In this document: positions 48,501 through 64,000 of the stretch, piece after piece
How the letters are laid out: each line of letters starts with the position of its first letter
Position numbering within the stretch: position 1 is the stretch's first letter
DNA from: the human T2T-CHM13v2.0 reference genome, Homo sapiens
DNA length: 64,000 nt
Assembly (NCBI RefSeq): GCF_009914755.1
Contig: NC_060926.1
Reading direction: 5' to 3' (one strand)
Notes under the pieces: model-generated
The model's database searches: none
The model's input: the letters and a program-made list of their open reading frames with translations, nothing else
What the model was told of the DNA's origin: nothing
Translations under genes and position numbers: made by a program

Positions 48501-50200
48501 TAGTAGAGATAGGGTTTCACCATATTGGCTAGGCTGGTCTGGAACTCCTGACTTTAGGTGATCCACCCGTCTCGGCCTCCCAAAGTGCTGAGATTACAAG
48601 TGTGAGCCACCATACCCGGCCACATATTAGAATTGTATCATTTCGTTTTCCCTTCATCCATTATTTGGTTACCCAGTGATACAGCTTATATGTGAATCCT
48701 TGATTCTTTTCTTTCAGTTATTTTTTTTTTTTTTTGAGACGGTGTCTCACTTGGTCATCCAGGCTGGAGTTCAGTGGTGTGATCTTGGCTCACTGCAACC
48801 TCTGCCTCCCAGGTTCAGGTGATTCTCCTGCCTCAGCCTCCTGAATATCTGGGATTACAAGCAGGCACCACCATGCCTGTCTAATTTTTGTATTTTTAGT
48901 AGAGACAGGGTTTCATTTGGCCAGGTTGGTCTCAAATTCTTGACCTCAAGTGATCTACCTGCCTCAGCCTCCCAAAGTTCTGGGGATTACAGGCATGAAC
49001 CACTGTGCTTTGCCTAGTTATCCAGTTTTTAAGTTAATTGGTATCTTATCATTCTCTGAAGGTGACCCATTACAAAATATATATAAATTTAAACTCATGG
49101 ATTTAAACATATGTGAGGTATTTCAATCTACTGCAATTATTATCCTTACTGAAGTTCAAACTGAGGCTGGGCATGGTGGCTCATGCCTGTAATCCCAGCA
49201 CTTTGGGAGTCTGAGGTGGACAGGTCACTTGAGCCTCAGGAGTTTGAGACTAGACTGGGCAACATGACAAAACCCGGTCTCTACAAAAAATACAAAAATT
49301 AGCTGGGTGTGGTGGCGTGCACCTGTAGTCCCAGCTCCTCAGGAGGCTGACATGGGAGGATCGCTCGAGCCCAGAGAAGTCAAGGCTGCAGTGAGCAATG
49401 GCTGTGCCATTGCACTCCAGCCTGGGTAACAGAGTGAGACCCTGTCTCAAAAAAATAGTTCAATTGTCCCATTTTTTCCCAGGGGATACATCTTCAGTTT
49501 GGTTCCTAAGTCATTTTGACATGACCTTAGTAGTCTTTGATGGCTTCTTTACTATCTGGCAAAAATATCCCAGGTTCATCTTGTATATTTTCTACCCAGT
49601 CCTGGAATCTCTCATTTCTCCCAAAAATCCTGACTTCTTTTAATGAGAGATGTCATTTCAAGACCACAAACTCGATGCTGGCATGCTCATTGCTTTTGAG
49701 TAAATATATATGCACACACTACGTATATACACATATGTATACACACACACACACACATGCACACACACACATGACCTAAAGGTTCAGTAATTCTTGGAGA
49801 ATTTTAAAAATCAGGCGATTTTGTTTTAGGGAATTCTTTTTTATAAAACATTGTAAGGATCTTCTGCTTTTGCCGTAAAATTTCAGTGCCCACATTTGCA
49901 GTGGTACAAAGCAATTACCTGCTCAAATGGTAGCATTATACCTTAAATACAGAATTTCTCAAAGTCAGAGGAGATTCCTGTAGTTTGACAAGCGCTCCAG
50001 GTGGTTTTCATAACATTCTCTCCCAAGTTGGGGCATCCGCTCACAAATTTTCCAGTGTCTAGGTTTATACATAAAATGAGACCACTTTTTATTGTTATAC
50101 CCCGTCCTATGTTAGGGACTCTCTGAACAATATGAGGTGGCGGGTGAGGGACGAGAGAAAGGTCATTTGTTAAAGCAATCTCTGATATTCGAAACACTGA

Positions 50201-50434
<234 letters not shown>

Positions 50435-50437
50435 TGA

Positions 50438-50656
<219 letters not shown>

Positions 50657-51843
50657 TAAAATAGCTTTTAAATGATCAAATGCACATGTTCATGTGGCCA
50701 AATGATCTTGTTTTTCTCAGTATAACAGTAAAAGGAAACGTAACTGTGCTTAGCTGTGGCATGGAATTGTGATATTACCAGGTCAAATTCAGGAAAACCA
50801 TATTTCCTCTTTGGATTCCAAATGATCTCAGCTTTTTTTTGTTGGGGGCGGGGTGGGGAGATCTCATTTTTTGTGTCAGAATTGTGGCTGAGTTACACAC
50901 CTCAGATAATCCAGGTTGATCTGTATTGGATTTTGCAATCAGACCAGCCTTTGGAAGTGTGTAAAGGACAGTCTCTAAGCAACACAGATGTTTCCACACC
51001 AGGGCTCAGTGAGGCTGCATTATCTGCAACTGCAATTGCAAAAGACCTTATCACAGAAATAAATTACTTACCCACCATTGGAAAAGGGCCTGAACACCCC
51101 TCAGCCAAAACGGAAAGGTTCTAAATTCTTACAGTCTCTCTGGGGAAACACAAATAACCTTGCCTTTGAGGGGCATTCTGGGCTTTGTCTTTGATAGCTT
51201 TCATAGAAATGTAAGCAGTATAGCTGGCCTACACATATCCTGAGAGATCTCACAACTGTCAGGAAATCCGTTCTCAGCACAGCAATCAGCATACAACATT
51301 GAGTCTAAAGGAAACCACACCTGAACTTACTCTTTAACAAAAAAGCAAAAAAAGAACTTTCAGATGTTTGCTGCTAGTATTTGCCAGAGTGGTGTTAAAC
51401 TAATGTCCAGGTCCCATTTAAGTATGTGCGTGTGTATGTGTGTGATGTACTAAACATCTAATAAACTTTTAGAAAGTATAATGAATTTCCGTAATTGCTT
51501 CTGGAATCACATCTTAGCCCTTTATTCCTCCTGGTAGGATGCTGTCAAGACATGAGTTTCTGGCCTGGCAGGGTGGCTCATGCCTGTAATCCCAGCACTT
51601 TGGGAGGCCAAGGCAAGCAGATCACCTGAGGTCAGGAGTTTGAGACCAGCCTGGCCAACATGGTGAAACCCATCTCTGTTAAAAATACAAAAATTAGCTG
51701 GATGTGGTGGCATGAGCCTGTAATCCCAGCTACTCAGGAGGCTGAGGCAGGAGAATGGCTTGAATGGAGGTGGAGGTTGCTTTGAGCTGAGATTGCACTA
51801 CTGCACTCTAGCCTGGGAGACAGAGTGAGAGACTCCATCTCAA

Positions 51844-51883
<40 letters not shown>

Positions 51884-52441
51884 GCTGAATTGTGATTTTT
51901 TGTTTCAGAAAATTCTTTTTCTTTTAAAATATCAAATATAAAATTCTTTCGAAACATTTTCCCCTCATTTCTTTGGTGTCCCTCTTTTGCTGGCTTCCTA
52001 AGCAGTATCATTTAAAGCTGTGACTTAGAGTTCAGTGGTTAATAACATAGACTTTGGCATCAGATTGTACCAGCTCTGCCATTAATTAGCTTTGTGACCT
52101 TCGGCAAGTTACTGGAATTTCTTTGTGCCTCAATTATTTCATCTTTAAAATGTGGATTATAATAATATCTACTTATTCAGTTGTTGTGCTGTTAATATAC
52201 AGCAAGCACTGTCCCTGTTGCATAGAGTTATATATATATTTGGTATCTGGTATTAATATAGATTGTATACAGATTTGCTTGGTAATGCCTCTTCCCCTAC
52301 ATTCCTGAGCAACTTGAGGGCAGATGCTGTTATATCTTATTTATCAGTGCAAAACCTAGTGCCTACTGGCCATGCAGATAACATTTGAGTGAGTGGATAA
52401 TCAATAGGCAAGTAAATGTAACTCTATTGATTCTCTTGTAG

Positions 52442-52577
52442 ACCTCCCTAAGTTTCCTGGCATTTCTAGAGAAACAAGGTAAAATAGATGAAGATAATCT
52501 GACATGCCTGGAGGACCTCTGCAAAACAGTTGTACCTAAACTTTTGAGAAACATAGAGAAATACAAAAGAGAGAAAG
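52442..52577 (+). CDS. CASP10: CASP10 coding exon, DED2 end: TSLSFLAFLEKQGKIDEDNLTCLEDLCKTVVPKLLRNIEKYKREK
   Basis: ctcttgtAG|ACC TCC ... GAG AAA G|GTAAG; 136 nt, phase 0/1. Confidence 0.96.
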
Positions 52578-52744
52578 GTAAGTAGCTTGTGATTGCTAAC
52601 TTGGACCAGACCATGGAAATTCTTAAACCAATTGGCCATGCATGATGTTTTGATTATTTGTTTTGTTTTGTTTTGTTTTGAGGCAGAGTCTCACTCACTC
52701 TGTCACCCAGGCTGGAGTGCAGTGGTGTGATCTTGGCTCACTGA

Positions 52745-52990
<246 letters not shown>

Positions 52991-53544
52991 TGATAATATT
53001 CTGCTAGGAAAGCCAGAAATCTTCCCCTTCGTTCATTCAACACATATTGGTTGAGTTCATATTTTGTACCAGGCACTGTTTTAGAAGTTGAGGATATAGC
53101 AAAGTACAGAGCAAAGCTCCTGCCCTCTTGCAACTTATATTCCAGTGCAGGGAAGTAGTTTTAGACAAACGTCTTTTTCTGATTCTAATATGGGAGTGAG
53201 AGTATAGGGAATTATTTTAAATGAAATAACATGAAAAAGAAGGCAGGATAGCATGGGGTAAGAGTGGACTCTATAGAGTCGGATTGCCAGGACTCCACTT
53301 ACTAGTGGTGCAGTGGTACTTTTTTGGCTTTTCTATGTGTCACTTTCCCTATCTGTAAAGTGGGCATAATAATTGTACCTACCTCCTAGGTTTTTGTGAG
53401 GATTGAATGAGATAATTTCTGTAAAATGCATGTCTGGCATGGAGTAAGCCTTCTATACATGTGGCTATTATGGCTCTCTCAGAGAGAAAAGTCATAAAGA
53501 CTTCACATTCTCAGAAACTACTATCAAAAAAGAACTTTATTTTC

Positions 53545-53577
<33 letters not shown>

Positions 53578-54207
53578 AAGTCTGTCTGATAAAGGTAGTT
53601 CTGCTGTGATATTTTATACAGATAGAAGCACAGGGCAAAAGTCAAACCTGGCTGCCTTACCACGTGTCAGTACGCTAAATATCTGTGTTTTTCTGAGTTC
53701 ATTTCTCCACTGTTAAGCAAGCGCTATACATAAAAACTCATGAGTGTATTCATGAAACTTTTATGCCACACCCTTAATTTAGTTCAGTGAGTGACTCTAG
53801 TGTGCAAATTTCTTGGTTGAAAATGAAACTAGCTAAGAGGAAATGTCTGTCTAAGAATTTGGTTAACACAGAATGAGTTGAGGAGCAAAATATACTGTTG
53901 TCAAACTGATAAAATCTCAAACAATAAAATGATGAATAAATGCATAATTTAAGTTATGAAGAATAAAAACAGTTCTTTCTATCATCAAATTATCAAATGA
54001 GAAATAAAAAGCAGAAGGTTGATATGGAAAGAATATTTGAAATCCTCACATGAGCTCTGAGTTTTTTTCTAAACACATTGTCATTTTTCTGTAATGCCAT
54101 ATCCCATATAAAGTAAACATAGGGCAAGTGGTCATATTATTCTGGATATTTAAATTCTAAAGAAGACACACTAGTTTCTATGTAGTTGATTACATTTGCC
54201 TCAGTGA

Positions 54208-54465
<258 letters not shown>

Positions 54466-54531
54466 TGATCAGCCTGCCTCGGCCTCCCAAAGTGCTGGGA
54501 TTACAGGTGTGAGCCACCGCGCCCGGCTTGA

Positions 54532-54780
<249 letters not shown>

Positions 54781-55295
54781 TGATCTGTGTGGGGATTACA
54801 GGCGTGAGCCACTGCGCCTGGTCCAGGACTGAGCTTTATATCAGCAGAGTTCTAGTTTTGATTTTTCTTTTCTACAACCTACCTGTGTGTGATCTCTTTT
54901 GGGTGTCAATCATTATTGATATTTTAATATTGACTTTCTTTAGTTCTAAGAGTTTGAGCCTAATTCTGCTGTTAAGATGAAAGACTAAAGGACTAAAAAG
55001 AGTAGGTGTGCAGACTTTAGACTTTTCTGTAAGTGTGTGTGATCCAAAGTCCAAGCTAGGATACTGGCTTTATTTAAGGACCACCTGGCTAACTTTCTAA
55101 GTTGTCTTGAGCCTTGGTGTTTGCTTCAGTATTTTTTTTTTCTTTTTTTTGAGACGGACTCCTACTCTGTCCCCAGGCTGCAGTGCAGTGGGGCAATCTT
55201 GGCTCACTGCAACCTCCGCCTCCTGGGTTCAAGCAATTCTCCTGCTGCTAGTCAGAAGGTGATTTTTATTTTTCTGTCTGTGATTTTATTTTCAG

Positions 55296-55402
55296 CTATC
55301 CAGATAGTGACACCTCCTGTAGACAAGGAAGCCGAGTCGTATCAAGGAGAGGAAGAACTAGTTTCCCAAACAGATGTTAAGACATTCTTGGAAGCCTTAC
55401 CG
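55296..55402 (+). CDS. CASP10: CASP10 coding exon, linker with SQTD/V (Asp219) prodomain cleavage site
   Basis: attttcAG|CT ATC CAG ... TTA CCG|GTAGG; 107 nt, phase 1/0. Confidence 0.96.
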
Positions 55403-55409
55403 GTAGGTT

Positions 55410-55676
55410 CAGTGGTGTGCTGGTCAATGCTTAACAACCGGCTCCACCCTCCAACCTCCCCTCCCTGCCACCCCAAAAAAGAAAAAGAGAGAGAGGCCCC
55501 GGTTTGTACCATTTATTGTAAATGGTCTCACCATGGTGATTGCAAGTAAATAACATGATATCAACCAGAGTGCACATTTTCTGAAAATTTAACAGTTGGC
55601 TGACACTAGCTGACTAGTGAGAGCTAGTTAGTTTGAGTTCTCGCTAGTTAGTTTGAGCTGACTCCCCACACCCCTG
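55410..55676. mobile_element. MER63-like hAT DNA transposon fossil
   Basis: cagtggtgtgctggtcaatgcttaacaaccggctc ... ccacacccctg; degenerate TIRs. Confidence 0.6.
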
Positions 55677-56512
55677 AGTTGCTCTGAAATGGTTCCTCTG
55701 TTCTTATCTGTGGGATGCAATTAGAGCCAGCTTTAGGGACATATAATCTATGGAGCACAGGGCGTCTGATAGTAATTCCACAGTTCAAGTACAGAGCTTT
55801 TGTTTAATGCTCTGCTGTTACTGCTTTGAAATTCTTAATGTATTGAACAAGAGGTTTGCCAAGCATGTAGCTGGCCAACCCAGAGGGCAAGGGTTTCTGG
55901 TTTCTGTGGTGCTCAGCTCTGAAAGGATGGGTGGAAGGGGAAACGTTGGGAGAATTTGCAGTCTGTTCCTCACCATGTGATCATGATCCTTGGGAGATAT
56001 GTGACAGTCTTCCCTGGGATTTGTGGTTCTTCCAGCAGACTTGGGTAATTTCTTTGCCAACATCTGTCAGCATCAATGAAGTTAGCTTGGTCTGGGAAAT
56101 GTTTTGTTTTTGTTTTCAACTGTGATAAAATACACATAACAAAATTTACCATCTTAATCAATTTTAAGTATACAGTTCAGTAATGTTAAATACCTTCACA
56201 TTGTTGTGCAGACATTACCACCATCCATCTCCAGAACTTTTTCATCTTCTTTTAGTAAAACTTTGTACCCATTAAACAATAACTTCTCATTTTCTCCTTC
56301 CCTCCAACCCCTGGAAACCACCATTCTACTTTCTCTCTCTATAAATTTGACTTTTCAGGGTACCTCATATAAGTAGAACCATACAATATTTGTTCGTTTG
56401 TGACTAGCTTATTTCACTTAGTGTAAAGTCTTCAGGGTTCATCCAAGTTGTAGCATATCTCAGAATTTCCTTCCTTTTTAAAGGCTGAATAATATTCCAC
56501 TGTGTGTATATA

Positions 56513-57183
<671 letters not shown>

Positions 57184-57554
57184 TATTACATTTTGTTGTC
57201 CACTCATCCATTGATGGACTCTTGGGCTGCTGCCACCTTTTGACTATTTTTAATAACGCTGCTGTGAATGTTGGTGTAAAAATATCTCTTTGAAATGCTG
57301 CTTTCAATTCTTTTGGGTTTGTACCCATAAGTGGAAATGGTGGATTATATAGTCATTCTATTTTCAATTTTTTGAGGAACCTTCATTCTATTTTCCACAG
57401 TGACTATACCATTTTACATTTCCACCAGCTGTGCACACATCCTCAGCAACACTTCCTCACCAAGACGTATTATTCTCTTTCATTTTTGATAGTAGGCATC
57501 CTAATGGAAGTGAGGTCCTATTTCCCTGTGGTTTTGATTTGCTTTCCTTAATGA

Positions 57555-58201
<647 letters not shown>

Positions 58202-58349
58202 TAGCCAGGATGGTCTCAATCTCCTGACCTCGTGATCCACCCGCCTCAGCCTCCCAAAGTGCTGGGATTACAGGCGTGAGCCACCGCGCCCGGCCTATAT
58301 TTTATTCTTAAAAATTCTTTTATGGCTTCTTTACTATTGTCATGGTCTG

Positions 58350-59898
<1,549 letters not shown>

Positions 59899-59958
59899 GA
59901 AGGTGTTTTTGTTTTTTTAAATGAAGGAGACCGTGGAAACTCGCCAGATGACCTGTAG
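59899..59958 (+). CDS. CASP10: CASP10 alternative terminal exon EGVFVFLNEGDRGNSPDDL* (prodomain-only, 247 aa; caspase-10G-like)
   Basis: ccctcctttctccccAG|GAA GGT ... CTG TAG, phase 0 with the donor at 55402; 228+19=247 aa. Candidate poly(A) signals ATTAAA 60162 and 60402, AATAAA 61210. Confidence 0.75.
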   Translation, partial: EGVFVFLNEGDRGNSPDDL

Positions 59959-60533
59959 CTCCTGGAGCTTGGCAAAGGCTGGGCAAACGCCCACCTGAAG
60001 ACTATGCAGGCAATCAGGACATGACACAGAGCCGGGAGAGGCCTGCTCTTCGGCTCTGCCCTGAACCTCATTCGGCAGGTGGAGGTATTTAGGCATTTGA
60101 GGGAATCTCAGCTTTGGGAGGCCACTTTGTAAGTGATCTTAAGAGATTAAGTACATCCTTAATTAAAAGAAATGGTAACACCTCCGCCTGCTTGCTGTGA
60201 GTTTATTCATTTGAATTCCCCATCTCCCCCAATGGGAAATAACACAGAATTGCAATTATTTATAAAATCTTAAATTGGCTTCTTTTCTCTAGGAAAATAG
60301 CCCTTGATTCAATTAATTCCAATCCTAGAAAAGCGCCTAGATATCTGATTGAGGTATTGAGGGAGAGAGGCTGCTCCCCTTGATTCTTTTACTATAATCC
60401 AATTAAAGCAACATTTATGGGCCAACTCCCTGGCCATGGGCACAGCTTTGTTTAGAGAGTTGCAAATCCATTCCCACCTCCCCGCTCCCCCAGAAGCTCT
60501 TTATTATTTTATTTTATTTATTTATTTTTTTGA

Positions 60534-60722
<189 letters not shown>

Positions 60723-62706
60723 TGATCCACCCTCCTGAGTCTCCCAAAGTGCTGGGATTACAGGCATGAGCTATTGTGCATGGCCATCCCAGAAGCTCTT
60801 TAAAATGTGGTTTTCCAGCACTGACATTTTAGGATTCCCTAATTCTAAGTTAAATTGTCTGCTAAATGTAACTCTTCCCACCCACTTTTTCAACTTGTTT
60901 TGTGCTCAGATACTGACATGCATGTAGAAACACACACACACACACACACACGATTCTGCTCGTTGTCTTTGAGAAATTCAGTGGTTTCTAAAGGGGCATG
61001 GCTCAGCTGTGGCCTCTGAAGCGCTGTGGTTCCGCTGACGTGGGATGATAACTTGGCCACGGCCACATGCAGTAGGGGGATAGTCGTGGCAGTACTAGAA
61101 GTGCAAAGGGGACTGGGGCACAGCATCTCACGTGTTTTCACAGACTTTTAAGGTTGGAAGGTGTCTTAAAAGTTATCTGGGCAGCCCTTTCCCTCTCCAT
61201 CAAATGATGAATAAAATAAAACTTGGTGAAACATCTCATGTTTCTTAAGCACCTGAGGATTTTTTTTTTAAATTTAAAAGAACACTGCCAATAATTGGGC
61301 TCAATGAGAAGGAACTCTCATCGAATTTTAAGCAACATCTCCTAATATGTTTAAAAATTAAATTTATTTTTTTCTCAGCCCCCTGCAACTTCAGCCTCCC
61401 AGGTTCAAGTGATTTTCCTGCCTCAGCCTCCTGAGTAGCTGGGATTACAGGCACGTGCCACCGCACCCAGCAAATTTTTTGTATTTTTAGTAGAGATGGG
61501 GTTTCGCCATGTTGGCCAGGCTGGTCTCGAACTCCTGACCTCAGGTGATCCACCTGCTTCAGCTCCCAAAGTGCTGGGATTACAGGCGTGAGCCACCGTA
61601 CCCGGCCAAATCGATTTTTTTGAGTGTGGCATAAGGTTTTCTTAAGGAGAGGCATGTCTCTCTATGGAGGAGACCTAACACCTGCTTCTTTATAAGGCCT
61701 TATTGGACCCCTCTTGAAAACTATCAAAAGAAGTTGAAAGATGATTCAGTGTGGCCAGGCTGTGGGACATTCACTCATTCATTCATTCATTCCTCTCTGA
61801 CATAGAGACTTGAGAGGTGTCAACAGAGGATGCAACATTCTCGGGAGAAGAAAGGCAGATTAGACCTTAAAGCTTTTTTCTAGTCCCTGTTCTGGCTGAC
61901 TTTATCAGCCAAGGGAAGAACAAATCAAGGAAAGCCAGGGCCTGGAGGGGCTGGGCAGAGCCTGCTGCTGTGTCTGCATTGCCCCTAATCCCAGAAGACT
62001 CACTCAACTGCTGGACAAAACCAGAAGGCAGTCTGGCCAGGCCCTTGTCTGCCTCTTAGAAGAAATCTAGGATTCTACAGGAAGGGAACAGTGGCTTATG
62101 AAAAGAAAGGCAGGAAGCCTTTTGGAAAGTGAAGCTAAGCCTCCTTTGCATTTGTTCCTGCAGAGCTGGGGGAACAGCTCTTCCCCAACACCTTGGTCAG
62201 GTCCCCTTGGGGGCTTTCTGCTGAAGGCTGACGGCTGAGAGTCATAGGGGGAAGGGGGTGATGGTGAATGGGGAGGAGGGTACAGAAAAGACAGGGTCTT
62301 AGACTTTGTTTTAATTTTGTATTTAATTATATAAAACATTAATGTATGCCCAAGGTAGTGCATCCTTGCCTCTCCTCCCCACCTCGATTGCCATTTTTAT
62401 TTGTTTTTTGATTTATCTTATTACTTTTGAAAAAAATCCAACGTATATCTTCCCTTTATTACAAAAGAGGTAGTGCACTCAAATACCATTTCATTTTGCT
62501 TTCTCCATATGACAGCATCCCCTGGAGAAGGGTATAGAGGCTGTCCTTGGCATCTTACTCCACTATGTGGACATACCACAGCTTTTTCAATCACTTCCTA
62601 TTGGTGGACATTAGGCTATTTCCAGTCCTTAGTGTAAATAATGCTGCAATGAGTAAGTACCCTTGAGCATATGTCACACTGTATTTTTGCCAGTGCGTCT
62701 TTGTGA

Positions 62707-62886
<180 letters not shown>

Positions 62887-62889
62887 TGA

Positions 62890-63117
<228 letters not shown>

Positions 63118-63185
63118 TAGTTTTTGTTCCTCATCCTAACTGTGTGAAATTCCTATGTTTCATGCCCTCCTTTCTTTTTTCTCAG

Positions 63186-63222
63186 CAGGAGTCCTGGCAA
63201 AATAAGCATGCAGGTAGTAATG
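63186..63222 (+). CDS. CASP10: CASP10 small coding exon QESWQNKHAGSN(G); gene continues beyond the window
   Basis: ttttctcAG|CAG GAG TCC ... AAT G|GTAGG; 37 nt, phase 0/1. Confidence 0.93.
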
Positions 63223-64000
63223 GTAGGTATTTCTAATGTACTTTTTACAACTTAGATCGGTATGGTAGGGATAGACATATTTGATATATACCAAGGAATT
63301 CAAGGTGACTTGGAAGAGAAGCTTTATAAATAATGAATAATTCATTTTTTATTCCAATTCAAGGCAAGACATTGAATGCATGGATTGTACTAGGCTTTTC
63401 TATGGCAGTATGGAGAGGGCTGGGTGGTTTCTGCTCTGAATGCCTAGTATAGCAGATTCTAGGGACTGCAGGCGGCTGTTCTTCCTCCACCCTTCAGAAT
63501 TAGGCCACCCTCTGTGCAGCAGAAACAGCCCCCGCAGGGCTGAAGCCTTCAGGCCAGTAGTGACAGCAGAATGTGCAGTCTGGGTGCGTGTCCTCTATGG
63601 AGTGGTTCCAGATGTTGCTTCAGAGGGAGAGAAGAAGCAAGAGGAGGGACTTGAGGATGGTGTGTTTAGTTCCCTGAATCCCTGCCCAGAAACCATAACC
63701 TTAGGAAAATATTCCAGAATCTGCCATCAGGTTAAACTGCTTATGAACAAACAGGCTTTGGCGAAGTCTTTCTGTGGTATGTAAAGTTTGTCACAGACCA
63801 TTCCTCATTTTTTTTTCTGGAAAATTATCCTTCAGAGTCCAAGACACACAGCTTTGCTAGCAATTTGTCTTTTTGCCTAACACGGAGGTTGTGTGCTATG
63901 ATGTTGGTGACATTGACCAGGTCACCATTATTAAGCACTTGTCACATACTAGGCACTGTTCAGAGAGATTTCAGGGATTATATCATTTATTCCTCCATTC

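Noticed and set aside
55121-55549. 142-aa ORF extending the CASP10 linker exon on both sides
   Set aside because: Chance read-through from an Alu fragment and a MER63-like element; the upstream Alu acceptors I tested hit stops in phase 1.

Overview
Human-type (primate) genomic DNA from the CFLAR-CASP10 region of the 2q33 caspase-8 family cluster; both genes are on the + strand. Positions 1-~36 kb hold the 3' half of CFLAR (c-FLIP): the FLIP-S terminal exon, five FLIP-L coding exons for the catalytically dead caspase-like domain, several alternative exons, and a long repeat-filled region after the stop (inverted Alus, nested MaLR/ERVL LTRs, a full SVA, an interrupted L1PA). An ERV LTR cluster (MER41-, MER50/83-, MER52- and MER9-like) lies at 34-39 kb. 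CASP10 starts at ~42.6 kb: a non-CpG promoter with IRF/GAS/kB/CRE-like motifs, non-coding exon 1, five coding exons and a DED-only alternative terminal exon. Nearly all long ORFs in the supplied track are Alu/SVA/L1/LTR artefacts. I see no wholly new gene system. The best leads are: a diverged intronic copy of a CFLAR splice-acceptor region that now reads (Y)nAG|GTAAGG (recursive site or new terminal exon); parallel 19-aa DED-only terminal exons in both genes; transposon-derived alternative exons; an Alu-mediated tandem duplication carrying an L1-mobilised LTR retrocopy; and an L1 split by a non-TPRT insert. Repeat subfamily names and isoform names come from recollection of consensus sequences and annotation and need RepeatMasker/annotation confirmation.
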